64,000 nt of DNA from a bacterium (lineage in GTDB: Bacteria > Patescibacteriota > Minisyncoccia > Phycocordibacterales > Phycocordibacteraceae). Each line of letters starts with the position of its first letter. The first letter of the stretch is position 1. Under the pieces are notes generated by a model. That model had not been told where the DNA came from, searched no databases, and was given only the letters and a program-made list of their open reading frames with translations. The DNA lies in assembly GCA_021802705.1 (NCBI GenBank), contig JAJZRL010000003.1, forward strand, positions 14,142 through 78,141. Direction: 5' to 3'. Shown here in pieces: positions 18,978 to 28,745 of this stretch. The translations under genes were made by a program, and so were the position numbers.

Positions 18978-19005
18978 GTGCGGAGCGATTTCGGCGAGCG
19001 TACCA

Positions 19006-19590
19006 TTACCAATCGAGCGCCGCAAGCTTCTTGTTGATCGTCTTCAACGCGAAGAAGAAAGCGAACGGGACGGCGATGGCGATGGCGATCTGAAAGTCTT
19101 TCGGCACGTACTGCAGCAAGTTGCCGAAGTAGTAACCGATACCCATGAGGAAAAGGATCCAGACGATGCCCCCGAGCACGTTAATCGTGACGTACCGCAC
19201 GAAGGAGATGCGCAACATGCCGGCAACGGTCAAGATGACCGCCGCAAGCCCGAGTCCCATCGTGAGCTTCGAAATGACCAGGATACGCGTGTGGTAACGG
19301 TGGAAACGGCGCTCTATCCTCCCGATAACTTCGGGCGTCGCGTTGATAAGGTACCCCCAGCGGGCGAAAAACGGACGGGCGGCGAAATATCCGATGGCGT
19401 ACCACATGATATCCGAGAGGATGTCGCCCGCCATAAGAGCGAGGTACGCGGGCCAGAATCTGACGACGCCGATGTGCCAGAGAAGGCCGGTAGTCATCAT
19501 GACCGCCGAGCCTTCGAAGAAAGACCCGAGAAATATGAGGATGTATTTCGAACCCTCGAGAAACGCGATGAATGCGGCAAAGAGGCTCAT
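19006..19590 (-). CDS. DedA-family membrane protein
   Basis: FEG, GD.LSD..WY.IG, AGM...F..Y pattern. Confidence 0.88.
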   Translation of the reverse strand: MSLFAAFIAFLEGSKYILIFLGSFFEGSAVMMTTGLLWHIGVVRFWPAYLALMAGDILSDIMWYAIGYFAARPFFARWGYLINATPEVIGRIERRFHRYHTRILVISKLTMGLGLAAVILTVAGMLRISFVRYVTINVLGGIVWILFLMGIGYYFGNLLQYVPKDFQIAIAIAVPFAFFFALKTINKKLAALDW

Positions 19591-19696
19591 AGAAACGCAT
19601 TCATCAGTATAGCAAAGGATGCCGTTGCGTTAACCGACGTAAGGCTGAAAGCTTCGGAGCCAAGGCTCGTCCTCTCTCGCCGCTAAGCCATCCGGA

Positions 19697-20266
19697 CTAT
19701 TTAAGAGCGATACCGGAACTGCCGTTCACGATCGCGGCGAGCTGCTCCTGCGTTTTCGGAAGATTGCCCGGATGGCTCAGATCGATGTGTCCGACGACAC
19801 GGATGCTTGTGCCGCCGCAGACGCCGAGGATCGTTCCCGCATTTTTCACGCTGCCGTCCCCCATGATGTAGTTCGATGCCGTGCTGAAAAGGACGTCAAC
19901 ACGGTCGGTGTAGCGCGCGTTCATCGTATCGGCGATGACACGGTAGCCGATGATCGGCTCCACGATGTTATATCCGCAGGGATATTCCGGCGAGGAAGGC
20001 CCGCGTATCTCGATGATGGTCCCGAACGGGAGCTCGCTTGCAAGATCGCGCGAACGCGCCGCGACGACCTCGGGGTTCGAGTAGGCGCCAGAGGCGGTTA
20101 CGAGCGGGTCGCTGTCAGTCTGTGCCGGTACCGCATTGTATGCGGTGAGCGTCACAGTGTAGCTTTTCTGTACGAAGGGAACCATCGGGGCGTCGGCCTG
20201 GGCCGGCAACGCCGCGATGGCGCTCGACAAAAAGAAAAAGCCCATAAGGGCTCCGAGAATAGGCAT
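19697..20266 (-). CDS. secreted 3D-domain protein
   Basis: Signal peptide; TAYN....QTD.DP..TASG, LPFGT, DTMN.RY..RVD. Confidence 0.85.
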   Translation of the reverse strand: MPILGALMGFFFLSSAIAALPAQADAPMVPFVQKSYTVTLTAYNAVPAQTDSDPLVTASGAYSNPEVVAARSRDLASELPFGTIIEIRGPSSPEYPCGYNIVEPIIGYRVIADTMNARYTDRVDVLFSTASNYIMGDGSVKNAGTILGVCGGTSIRVVGHIDLSHPGNLPKTQEQLAAIVNGSSGIALK

Positions 20267-20354
20267 TGGTTTTGTTTACCGAAACAGCATGCAACTGCCT
20301 CGTTATTTTCATCTTAGCATACTATGCTTGCGGTGTCAATGCTTTTCTATGCAA

Positions 20355-20849
20355 TTAGACGACCGGCGCGATAGCGCCGATGAGGACGCCGATGAGTATC
20401 GCCGAGCCTCCGAGAAGCGCCATTCTCGCGCCGCGCCAGATACGGGGAAGGTTGGCGAGCCGCGCGCTTATCATACCGACGACGAAAAGCACCAGGACGG
20501 AGACGGTGATGGAGACAGGAAGCGCGATGTGCGGGGAGAAAAGGAGATACGGGATGAGCGGGACAAAAGAAGAGAGCACGAAGGAAGCGAACATGATGGC
20601 GGCTGCGAATACGGAAGGGCCGTCGGCGACATCCGATCGGTTCGTATACTCCTCTGCCGATTCTTCGGAGAGGAAGTTCCCGACAGCCATCGAAAAGGCC
20701 TCGACGAAAGCATAGATGATGCCGGTAAGCGCGATGATCATGTGCGGAGTTCCGGCGACGGCGATGCCGGCAAGCAACCCGACGGTAGAGACGAGACTGT
20801 CGATGATTCCGAAAACTATCGTGCGCAGGTATAAGGCGCGGGTCTTCAT
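20355..20849 (-). CDS. VIT1/CCC1-family transporter
   Basis: VFGIIDSLVST, AFSMAVGNFLS, PLIPY. Confidence 0.9.
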   Translation of the reverse strand: MKTRALYLRTIVFGIIDSLVSTVGLLAGIAVAGTPHMIIALTGIIYAFVEAFSMAVGNFLSEESAEEYTNRSDVADGPSVFAAAIMFASFVLSSFVPLIPYLLFSPHIALPVSITVSVLVLFVVGMISARLANLPRIWRGARMALLGGSAILIGVLIGAIAPVV

Positions 20850-20914
20850 GCGTTCATGGTAACACGCATAACAAAACCCCGAACCGTTACGGTTCGGGGC
20901 CTAAACGCACTCTG

Positions 20915-21904
20915 TCAACGCTCGGTTCCTTCAAATCCCTGATCGGGATCGAGTTCGCCGGTTGTCCGCTCAGTGTAGAAACGACCGTCGTCCGGGCATA
21001 TAAACGCTACGCGCTTCCCACGAAGGCTTTCAAGCGCATCCGGAGTAAGCGATCCAAGATGCTGCTCGAGCCCTCCCCATGCGAGCCCCGAAGTGGGGCC
21101 CGGCTGAGGCTCGACAGCGCTCCAGAGCTGCCGCATCCTGTTGAAAGATTCCTTGCGGCTTATCTCAACGACGGCATCAACCGCCTCCTTCCAGGGAAAG
21201 GTCACGACCTCTTCCATGCGCAGCCGATCGCGAGCTCCTGGAACCTGTTCACCGATAGCAGGCCGGACACCGATGACGACCGTTTCCGGATGTTTTCGCT
21301 TCAGGAAACGGCCGATGCCGGTAACCGTACCCCCGGAACCCATCGCGACGGCGATAACAGCGATGGAATCGCCAACCGAACGCAGCACTTCAGGACCCGT
21401 ATACAGCTCATGCGCGCGTACGTTGCCCATGTGGCTGTACTGGTTCAGGTGATAGTGGCCCGGCTTCTGCGCTTCTTCGAGCGCCTCTTGTGCGACGCTC
21501 TTGCCGCCGCGAACGCTGTGGACGTCTACCGAAGAGAGTGCCGCGAGGATGCCTTTTTTGCTTTCAGGGACATCGGCGGCCATTATCGTCTTGATCTCAC
21601 GGAAACCGAAAGCCGGAGCGATCCGCGCGACGGCATGGGCGGTATTGCCGCTTGAATCGACGACAATGGTGTGTTTGTCGTCATAGAGGCCGTTCTGAAA
21701 GTCCTCGAGCATCATCTGGAATGTCGGTATGCTCTTGATGTGAGGAAATGTTTTGAACGGGATCAATGCAGCGACCTCGATACCGTATGAAGCAAAGAGG
21801 TTAAGACGCGGCGGAAGCCACGCCACGCTTAAGAAGCGCTTTCCCCGTGGATCCAGGCTCTGAAAGATCGGATCCCCATAGACCTGTTCGAGAGTTCGTT
21901 TCAT
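20915..21904 (-). CDS. PLP-dependent cysteine-synthase-like enzyme (fold type II)
   Basis: HIKS (PLP Lys), SSGNTA, NQY...N..AH...TGPE, MGSGGT, GPTSG; AAGGAG RBS. Confidence 0.85.
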   Translation of the reverse strand: MKRTLEQVYGDPIFQSLDPRGKRFLSVAWLPPRLNLFASYGIEVAALIPFKTFPHIKSIPTFQMMLEDFQNGLYDDKHTIVVDSSGNTAHAVARIAPAFGFREIKTIMAADVPESKKGILAALSSVDVHSVRGGKSVAQEALEEAQKPGHYHLNQYSHMGNVRAHELYTGPEVLRSVGDSIAVIAVAMGSGGTVTGIGRFLKRKHPETVVIGVRPAIGEQVPGARDRLRMEEVVTFPWKEAVDAVVEISRKESFNRMRQLWSAVEPQPGPTSGLAWGGLEQHLGSLTPDALESLRGKRVAFICPDDGRFYTERTTGELDPDQGFEGTER

Positions 21905-22022
21905 CAGTATCTCCTTTCGAAAAAACAGAACAAATGTGCGCTTTTCCTGATACGGAAAAGCTTCTTCTAGGAGCATACGCCGGAAAACAAAAACGGCAAA
22001 TCCGCGCCGCACTGCCGTATGC

Positions 22023-22397
22023 CTACGCTGGCCGCCAACCTTTTTTTACTTCGGTAATCCGGTTCGCGTCGTCCATGAAAACGACGGTGGGGCTCATTTT
22101 TTCCGCTTCCTCCATCGAAACCCATGCTTCGCCGAGGATGATGACCTTGTCTCCTTTCTGAAAGATGCGGGCGGGCGGTCCGTTGAGGATGATCTCACCC
22201 TTCCCCTTCTCTCCCTTCACGATGTACGTCCGCCAAAGAACGGCATTCGAGACGTTCGTTATCTGCACCATCTGCCCCGGAACGAGGCCGGCAGCTTCAA
22301 GGAGCATCTCGTCGATGGTAATCGATCCGACATAATTCAAGTCGGCGTCAGTTACCGTCGCGCGGTGCAGTTTTGCAATACAGACGTTTACCAGCAT
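22023..22397 (-). CDS. panD: aspartate 1-decarboxylase family (divergent active site)
   Basis: KLHRATVT.ADLNYVGSITID (G-S pyruvoyl cleavage site), TY, LNG, GDKVII. Confidence 0.85.
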   Translation of the reverse strand: MLVNVCIAKLHRATVTDADLNYVGSITIDEMLLEAAGLVPGQMVQITNVSNAVLWRTYIVKGEKGKGEIILNGPPARIFQKGDKVIILGEAWVSMEEAEKMSPTVVFMDDANRITEVKKGWRPA

Positions 22398-22479
22398 GCG
22401 GTGCATGGTAACACACAATGTGTGTATTTCCCATGTTTTCCCGCCATAGCGGGTGATATTCTAAATAGAGCGTACGCTC

Positions 22480-23643
22480 ATGAGCTTCCTTTTCTTCGTC
22501 AACATCCTTGCACTGCTCTTTTCCTTCTTCGTCATCGGAGCTCTTTTGGGCGCCGCTTTCTCAAAACCTTTCCGGAAAAAGCTGCTCGGGCGCCTGCAAG
22601 AGTACCGTTTCCTCCTTACCCGATCCGTCCGCAACCCGATCCTTATGCCGGGCGCGACGCCATGGACCGCCGAGGCGGTCTTGAATCCGGCGGCTATCGT
22701 TCTCGGAGGCAGGACCCATCTCGTCTATCGTGCCATCGGCATGGACGGCGTATCGCGGCTCGGCTATGCCTCAAGCGGGGAAGGATTCATCTTCGATGAT
22801 CGGCCTCCCTACCCTGTCTATGTCGTTCAGAATCCGCGGAATAGCAAAGGCGGGGTGCGCCGGTATTCCCCCGTCCTTTATCCTTCAGGCGGAAGCTGGG
22901 GCGGCTGCGAAGATCCGCGCATGGTCGCTATAGACGGACAGATTTACGTCACCTACAACGCATTTGACGGATGGGACTTCATCCGCGTCGCTTTCACCTC
23001 CATTTCCGAGGAGGACTTCCTCGCAAAGCGTTTTTCGAGATGGAGCGCGCCAAAACTCCTTTCGCCGGAAGGCGAACGTCATAAGAACTGGGTCTTATTC
23101 CCTGAAAAAATAAACGGAAAGTTCGCCATTCTTCATAACCTGCACACCACTGACCCGAACCATGTTTGCGTCGAATATATCGACGACCTTGCAGCATACG
23201 ATCCGAAACGGAACCCCATCAAGAGCGCCGATCCGGCGGCGACTCCTCCCCGCGCGATCGCGTGGCACCACCGCATGCGCAGCGCCGGACCGCCGCCGGT
23301 AAAGACAGAGTACGGATGGCTCGTCCTCTATCATGCGACAAGCGAGAATGAGGGTCATCGTTACAAGCTCGGTGCGATGCTCCTCGACCTTCAAGACCCG
23401 ACAAAAGTGCGGGCGCGCGCGCAAGCTCCGATCCTCGCTCCGGACGAGCATTACGAGAACAACGGCAAACCGGGTATCGTCTATGCCTGTGGCGCTGTCG
23501 TACGAGACGATACCCTTTTCGTTTATTACGGAGGGGCCGATAAGGTCGTCTGCGTCGCGACTTCGCCGCTCAAGACGTTCCTCGATGCGCTCCTCGAAGA
23601 AGACAGTCCTTCGCTTTCCCCTCAGGCAGCTCGAATCAGCTGA
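22480..23643 (+). CDS. GH130 (PH1107-like) glycoside phosphorylase/hydrolase with N-terminal TM anchor
   Basis: NPA, GCEDPR, HKNW.LFPEKING, WLVLYH, YYGGAD. Confidence 0.88.
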   Translation: MSFLFFVNILALLFSFFVIGALLGAAFSKPFRKKLLGRLQEYRFLLTRSVRNPILMPGATPWTAEAVLNPAAIVLGGRTHLVYRAIGMDGVSRLGYASSGEGFIFDDRPPYPVYVVQNPRNSKGGVRRYSPVLYPSGGSWGGCEDPRMVAIDGQIYVTYNAFDGWDFIRVAFTSISEEDFLAKRFSRWSAPKLLSPEGERHKNWVLFPEKINGKFAILHNLHTTDPNHVCVEYIDDLAAYDPKRNPIKSADPAATPPRAIAWHHRMRSAGPPPVKTEYGWLVLYHATSENEGHRYKLGAMLLDLQDPTKVRARAQAPILAPDEHYENNGKPGIVYACGAVVRDDTLFVYYGGADKVVCVATSPLKTFLDALLEEDSPSLSPQAARIS

Positions 23644-23652
23644 TCACGCTAT

Positions 23653-25563
23653 ATGTTCATCGTCCGCCGAGAACCGCATAACCCGATACTCTCCCCTCAG
23701 CACGAGCGGCCGTGGGAAGCTATCGCGACATTCAATCCTTCAGCCGTGAGAACGGGAGAAGGTGTGCGGCTTTATTATCGCGCGCTCGGTAACCCGGACG
23801 CGCTCCAGACGCCGCATGCCGGCCTTTCGACAGTCGGAACGGCTTTTGCCGAAGACGGCGTCCATTTCCACTCGCGACGGCAGGTGCTGGCGCCGGAAAC
23901 CGACTGGGACCGCTTCGGCTGTGAAGACCCGCGCGTGACGTTCTTCGAAGGCCGGTGGTATTGCTTCTATACGGCGCTTGGCGGCTATCCTTTCGGGCCG
24001 GAAAATATCAAGGTCGGTCTTGCTATCGGAGACGCTCCCGAGCATTTCATCGAACGCCACCTCATCACGCCGTTTAACGCGAAAGCGGCGACTCTTTTCC
24101 CCGAGCGCGTAGACGGCGACATCATCCTGCTCCTTACCGCGCACACCGACTGGACAGCCGAACATCCGCGTCCGACCATCGCGCTTGCCCGCGCGAAACG
24201 CATCGAGGACTTCTTCGATCCGAGCTACTGGCAACGCTTTCACGAACGGCTTGCCGAACACGCGCTTCCGGAACTGCGGCGTATCGACGGCGACCACATC
24301 GAGGTCGGCGCGTCGCCGGTCAAGACCGAAAAAGGATGGCTTCTCGTGTATTCCTACATTCAGGATTACTACGATGAACGGAAACGGCTCTTTTCCATCG
24401 AAGCGGCGCTGCTTGACGCGAACGATCCTCAAAAACTCATTTCGCGTACCGAATCGTTTCTCGTCCCCGAAGAGGCATATGAACGTTACGGCATCATACC
24501 GAACATCGTCTTCCCGGCGAGCGCGACCAGCAACGGCGACCGGCTGGATATCTGGTACGGAGCTGCTGATACCGTCTGTGCGAAAGCGAGCGTCCGGCTC
24601 GCCGACCTCTTACGCGCGCTTGATCCGGAGAAGCCGGCGCGCACCTTCACGCGCGCTCCAGAGAATCCCATCCTCAAGCCGCGCGATGGGTTCGAGAGCC
24701 GCGCGGTATTCAATGCCGCGGCGTTTGATCTTGACGGAGCCGTCCATATCCTCTATCGCGCGATGGATGCCGATAACACCTCAACCATAGGCCTTGCCAT
24801 CTCGAAGGACGGGATCACTGTCGACGAACGTCTTCCAAGCCCGATATACGCTCCACGCGCCGATTTCGAACAGAAGAAAGGCAGTCCGACAGGAAACTCC
24901 GGCTGCGAAGATCCGCGGATTGTCCGTATCGACGACACCCTTTATCTTACCTATACCGCGTACGACGGCGTGCATGCGCCCGCCGGGGCGTTTTCATCAA
25001 TAAGCGTGGAGGATTTCCGCGCGAGGCGGTTCGACCGCTGGAGCGCTCCGCTTCTCCTTACGCCAGAGGGGTTCGACGACAAGGACCTCGCCCTGCTTCC
25101 CGCGAAACTGGACGGGAACTATCTGCTCTACCACCGCATCAACAATCAGATTTGCGCCGACCTCGTGCCGGACCTCGCTTCGGGGAAACGCGTAAGCCGC
25201 TGCATCACGATCATCGAGCCTCGGCGCGGCATGTGGGACGGGGTCAAGGTCGGCAGTGCGGCGCCTCCCGTCAAGGTCGGCGACAACTGGCTCATGATCT
25301 ATCACGGGGTTTCGCGCCACGCGACCTACCGCCTCGGCGCGGCATTGCTCGACCCTTCGGGCATAGAAGTCCTCGCGCGTTCCGCCGATCCGCTTTTTGA
25401 ACCGCTCGAGCCTTACGAGAAGGAAGGCGAAGTCGCAAACGTCGTCTTCTCGTGCGGAACCGTCGTCCGGGGCGACGAGCTCCTCCTCTATTATGGCGGC
25501 GCCGACAAGGTTACGGGAGTGGCGACCGCTTCTCTTCATCATATCCTTGCTGCCCTCTCATGA
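23653..25563 (+). CDS. tandem two-domain GH130 glycoside phosphorylase/hydrolase
   Basis: Two repeats of NPIL.P...FN..A / GCEDPR / YG.AD. Confidence 0.88.
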   Translation: MFIVRREPHNPILSPQHERPWEAIATFNPSAVRTGEGVRLYYRALGNPDALQTPHAGLSTVGTAFAEDGVHFHSRRQVLAPETDWDRFGCEDPRVTFFEGRWYCFYTALGGYPFGPENIKVGLAIGDAPEHFIERHLITPFNAKAATLFPERVDGDIILLLTAHTDWTAEHPRPTIALARAKRIEDFFDPSYWQRFHERLAEHALPELRRIDGDHIEVGASPVKTEKGWLLVYSYIQDYYDERKRLFSIEAALLDANDPQKLISRTESFLVPEEAYERYGIIPNIVFPASATSNGDRLDIWYGAADTVCAKASVRLADLLRALDPEKPARTFTRAPENPILKPRDGFESRAVFNAAAFDLDGAVHILYRAMDADNTSTIGLAISKDGITVDERLPSPIYAPRADFEQKKGSPTGNSGCEDPRIVRIDDTLYLTYTAYDGVHAPAGAFSSISVEDFRARRFDRWSAPLLLTPEGFDDKDLALLPAKLDGNYLLYHRINNQICADLVPDLASGKRVSRCITIIEPRRGMWDGVKVGSAAPPVKVGDNWLMIYHGVSRHATYRLGAALLDPSGIEVLARSADPLFEPLEPYEKEGEVANVVFSCGTVVRGDELLLYYGGADKVTGVATASLHHILAALS

Positions 25564-26309
25564 AGCTCCCGCCGCTCGTCGTCTTCGATCTTGACGGTAC
25601 GCTCGCCGAAAGCAAGCAAGCGCTTACGAACGAGATGGCGACCCTCCTTGCGCGGCTCCTCGAAGTTACGCGCGTTGCCATCGTTTCGGGAGGCGCGCTC
25701 CCGCAGTTCCTAAAACAGGTCGTCGAGCATCTGCCGAAAGACGCGGGACTTGCGCATCTATATCTTCTCCCGACCTCAGGCGGAGCGCTTTACGAATGGT
25801 CGGGGAACGGTTGGAATAAAGTGTACGAAGAACGTCTCTCGGAGAAAGAAACGAGGTCCGCCATGTCCGCAATCGATTCAGCCATGGCAGAAACGAAAGT
25901 GATCGACCTGTCCCGTCCGGCGTACGGAGACCGTGTCGAGCATCGCGGAAGCCAGATAACGCTGTCCGCGCTCGGCCAGCGCGCGCCGCTTACGCTGAAA
26001 AAAGAGTGGGACATCGATCATACGAAACGGCAAGCCCTTCAAGCGGCTCTCTCGGAAAGGCTTCCGGATTTCTCGGTCTCGATGGGCGGAACGACTTCGA
26101 TCGACATAACGAAACGTAATATCGACAAAGCCTACGGCATCCGCAAGCTCTGCGAGCGGCTCCGCGTGAGCGAGTCGGACGCGCTCTACATCGGCGACGA
26201 GCTCATCGCGAACGGCAACGACGAAGCCGTTTTCAAGACCGACGTACGCGTGCGCGCCGTATCGAGCCCGGAAGAAACCGCAGAGATCATACGGTCTCTC
26301 GTGCTCTGA
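25560..26309 (+). CDS. HAD-IIB phosphomannomutase-like
   Basis: FDLDGTL, VSGG, RGSQIT.SALG, GGTTSIDI, GD....GND. Confidence 0.88.
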   Translation: MKLPPLVVFDLDGTLAESKQALTNEMATLLARLLEVTRVAIVSGGALPQFLKQVVEHLPKDAGLAHLYLLPTSGGALYEWSGNGWNKVYEERLSEKETRSAMSAIDSAMAETKVIDLSRPAYGDRVEHRGSQITLSALGQRAPLTLKKEWDIDHTKRQALQAALSERLPDFSVSMGGTTSIDITKRNIDKAYGIRKLCERLRVSESDALYIGDELIANGNDEAVFKTDVRVRAVSSPEETAEIIRSLVL

Positions 26310-26329
26310 ACCTCAATCGTATCCCGCAA

Positions 26330-28723
26330 ATGCCCTATCCAACCGCCTCCGGCAATCCGACGAAAAAATCCCAAGGTCTCTCCGAGGACGAGGCGGCGCG
26401 TATCCTTGCGCAAGTCGGTCCGAATATCCTGGGTATACGGAAGAAGAGTTCCGTCGCGAAGTTTTTTCATTGGCTCGTTTCCCCCATCCCGCTCATGTTG
26501 ATAGCGGCTTCGACGCTTTCATACGTAAGCGGTCGAAGAGCGGATGGCGGGCTTATACTCTTCCTCCTCCTCGTCAATTACACGGTCCAGCTTTGGCATG
26601 AGCATAAAGCGGATCAGACGGTGGCAAAGCTCGAGAAACATCTCGCGATATTCGCAACCGCACGGCGCGACGGCGCTTGGAAAAAGGTAAGCGCCGCATC
26701 GCTTGTCCCGGGAGACGTCATCGCGCTGCGCGCCGGCTCGCTCATCGGCGCCGACGCGAAGCTTCTCGAAGCCTCAAACCTTTCGGTCAACGAATCGATG
26801 CTGACCGGAGAGTCGTTGCCGAAAGAGAAGCAGACGGGCGATACCGTCTATTCGGCGGCGTTCGTGACGACCGGCTCCGGTGAAGCGCTCGTCACGGCAA
26901 CCGGATCTCGCACCTATTTCGGAAAGGCGGTAAAGACGCTCGAGCTTGCGAAAAAGCGTTCGGCGCTCGAGACCGACATCCTTTCCATCTCAAAAATGCT
27001 CTCCATCTTTGCGCTCGTCGCGATAGCCGTCATGACGATCGTCCTTTCCCTCGACCACGGCGCGCTTATCGATATCATGACGCTCGGCATTTCCCTCCTC
27101 ATCGCGGGCATTCCGGTCGAACTGCCGACGGTCATGTCGCTCATCATAAGCGTCGGGGTTCTCAATCTCGCGAAAAACGGCGCTATCGTGCGCCGTCTCT
27201 CTGCGCTTGAGGATCTCGCGAACGTCAATCTCCTCCTCTCCGACAAGACCGGGACTTTGACTGAAAACAGGATACATATCGCATCCGTCGCCGCTTTCCC
27301 CGGATGGAGCAACGACGAGGCGTTGCGGCTTGCGGCAAGCGCGACTGACGCAGCGGAGTCGAATCCGCTCGAGACGGCTATCCGCGACGCTGCGGCAGTA
27401 CGCCGTTTTGCGCTCTTCCCGCAAATCTCGCTCGTCCCGGGCGATTCGGAGCGGAAGCGCAGTACCACGATCATCGAACGGGGCGGGACGTCGTGGACGG
27501 TCACTCTCGGAGCGCCGGAGACCGTCGCCGCGCTCTGCCGGTTCACCTCGGCGACGAGCGCCTTTTTCGCGACGATGACCGAGGCGGCGGCACGGCGAGG
27601 GGATCGGACGCTCCTTGTCGCCGTCGCGCGCCGGTCGCGCAAAGAACACAACCTCGAACCGGTCGCGCTCCTCTTCCTCGCGGACGCGCTCCGCGCTGAC
27701 GCGCCGCTTACGGTCGAAACGATGCGCAAGGAAGGCATCGAAGTGAAGATGCTCACCGGTGACGGGCTCCTCATCGCGCAGGAGGTCGCGCACACGCTCG
27801 GACTTCACGGCACCGTTTACAGTCGCGGTATCTTCGACGATCCCGCCGCGCTTGCGAAAGCGCTCCCGCACGCGGCAGGTTTCGCCGACGTCGTCCCGAA
27901 CGATAAATACCTCGCGGTCGAAGCGGCGAAAAGATATGCGCGCGTCGCGGTCACCGGGGACGGTGCGAACGACATTCCGTCCGTTTCGGACGCCGACGTC
28001 GGGATCGCTGTCACCAATTCAGTGGATGCGCTGCGCGAGACAGCCGATATCGTGCTCCTCTCGAACGGTCTCTCGGTCATCGGCGCCGCTATCCGCGAAG
28101 CGCGGACCGTCTTCATGCGCCTCTATCACTACTCTCTGTACCGCATATCAGAAAGCGCGCGCGTCATCCTCACCATCGTCATCATCGGCGTCACGGTCGG
28201 GAATTACCCGCTCGCGCCTATCCAGGTACTTCTCCTTGCCTTCCTCAATGACGTCCCCATCATCTCGACCGCATTCGATCGGGTGAAGATTCCGCGCGCT
28301 CCGGCATCGATCAATGCGAAACGCCGCGCGGCATCAAGCCTCACCTTCGGCTTCGTAGGAGTCCTTAACAGCGTTCTTATGTTCTTCCTCGCCTACAGCT
28401 TCCTTCACTTGCCGTGGGCATGGATCCAGACGCTCTTCTTCCTCAAGCTTGTCATATCGGGCCACATGCTCATCTATGTCGCACATACCGAAGACAGCTG
28501 GTTCCGCTGGTTGCCGAGCTGGCAGGTCATCACCGCGGTAACCGCAACGCAGTTCTTCGTAACCCTGTGGGCAGCCGTCGGCTTCTTCACGGCGCCTATA
28601 CCGCTCTGGATCATCGCATTTGTCTGGGTATGGTCGTTCTTCTGGATGCAAATCACTGCGCTCGGCAAGACGATATCGGCCATTCCCTTCGTAAAAAACG
28701 CGCCCGTACTCGTGCGCGCATGA
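26330..28723 (+). CDS. P-type ATPase, probably P3A (H+-exporting)
   Basis: TGES, GIPVELP, DKTGT, MLTGD, GDGAND; TM5 YRI and TM6 ND. Confidence 0.88.
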   Translation: MPYPTASGNPTKKSQGLSEDEAARILAQVGPNILGIRKKSSVAKFFHWLVSPIPLMLIAASTLSYVSGRRADGGLILFLLLVNYTVQLWHEHKADQTVAKLEKHLAIFATARRDGAWKKVSAASLVPGDVIALRAGSLIGADAKLLEASNLSVNESMLTGESLPKEKQTGDTVYSAAFVTTGSGEALVTATGSRTYFGKAVKTLELAKKRSALETDILSISKMLSIFALVAIAVMTIVLSLDHGALIDIMTLGISLLIAGIPVELPTVMSLIISVGVLNLAKNGAIVRRLSALEDLANVNLLLSDKTGTLTENRIHIASVAAFPGWSNDEALRLAASATDAAESNPLETAIRDAAAVRRFALFPQISLVPGDSERKRSTTIIERGGTSWTVTLGAPETVAALCRFTSATSAFFATMTEAAARRGDRTLLVAVARRSRKEHNLEPVALLFLADALRADAPLTVETMRKEGIEVKMLTGDGLLIAQEVAHTLGLHGTVYSRGIFDDPAALAKALPHAAGFADVVPNDKYLAVEAAKRYARVAVTGDGANDIPSVSDADVGIAVTNSVDALRETADIVLLSNGLSVIGAAIREARTVFMRLYHYSLYRISESARVILTIVIIGVTVGNYPLAPIQVLLLAFLNDVPIISTAFDRVKIPRAPASINAKRRAASSLTFGFVGVLNSVLMFFLAYSFLHLPWAWIQTLFFLKLVISGHMLIYVAHTEDSWFRWLPSWQVITAVTATQFFVTLWAAVGFFTAPIPLWIIAFVWVWSFFWMQITALGKTISAIPFVKNAPVLVRA

Positions 28724-28745
28724 GACTCCGCACGGGAAGCAGGAA

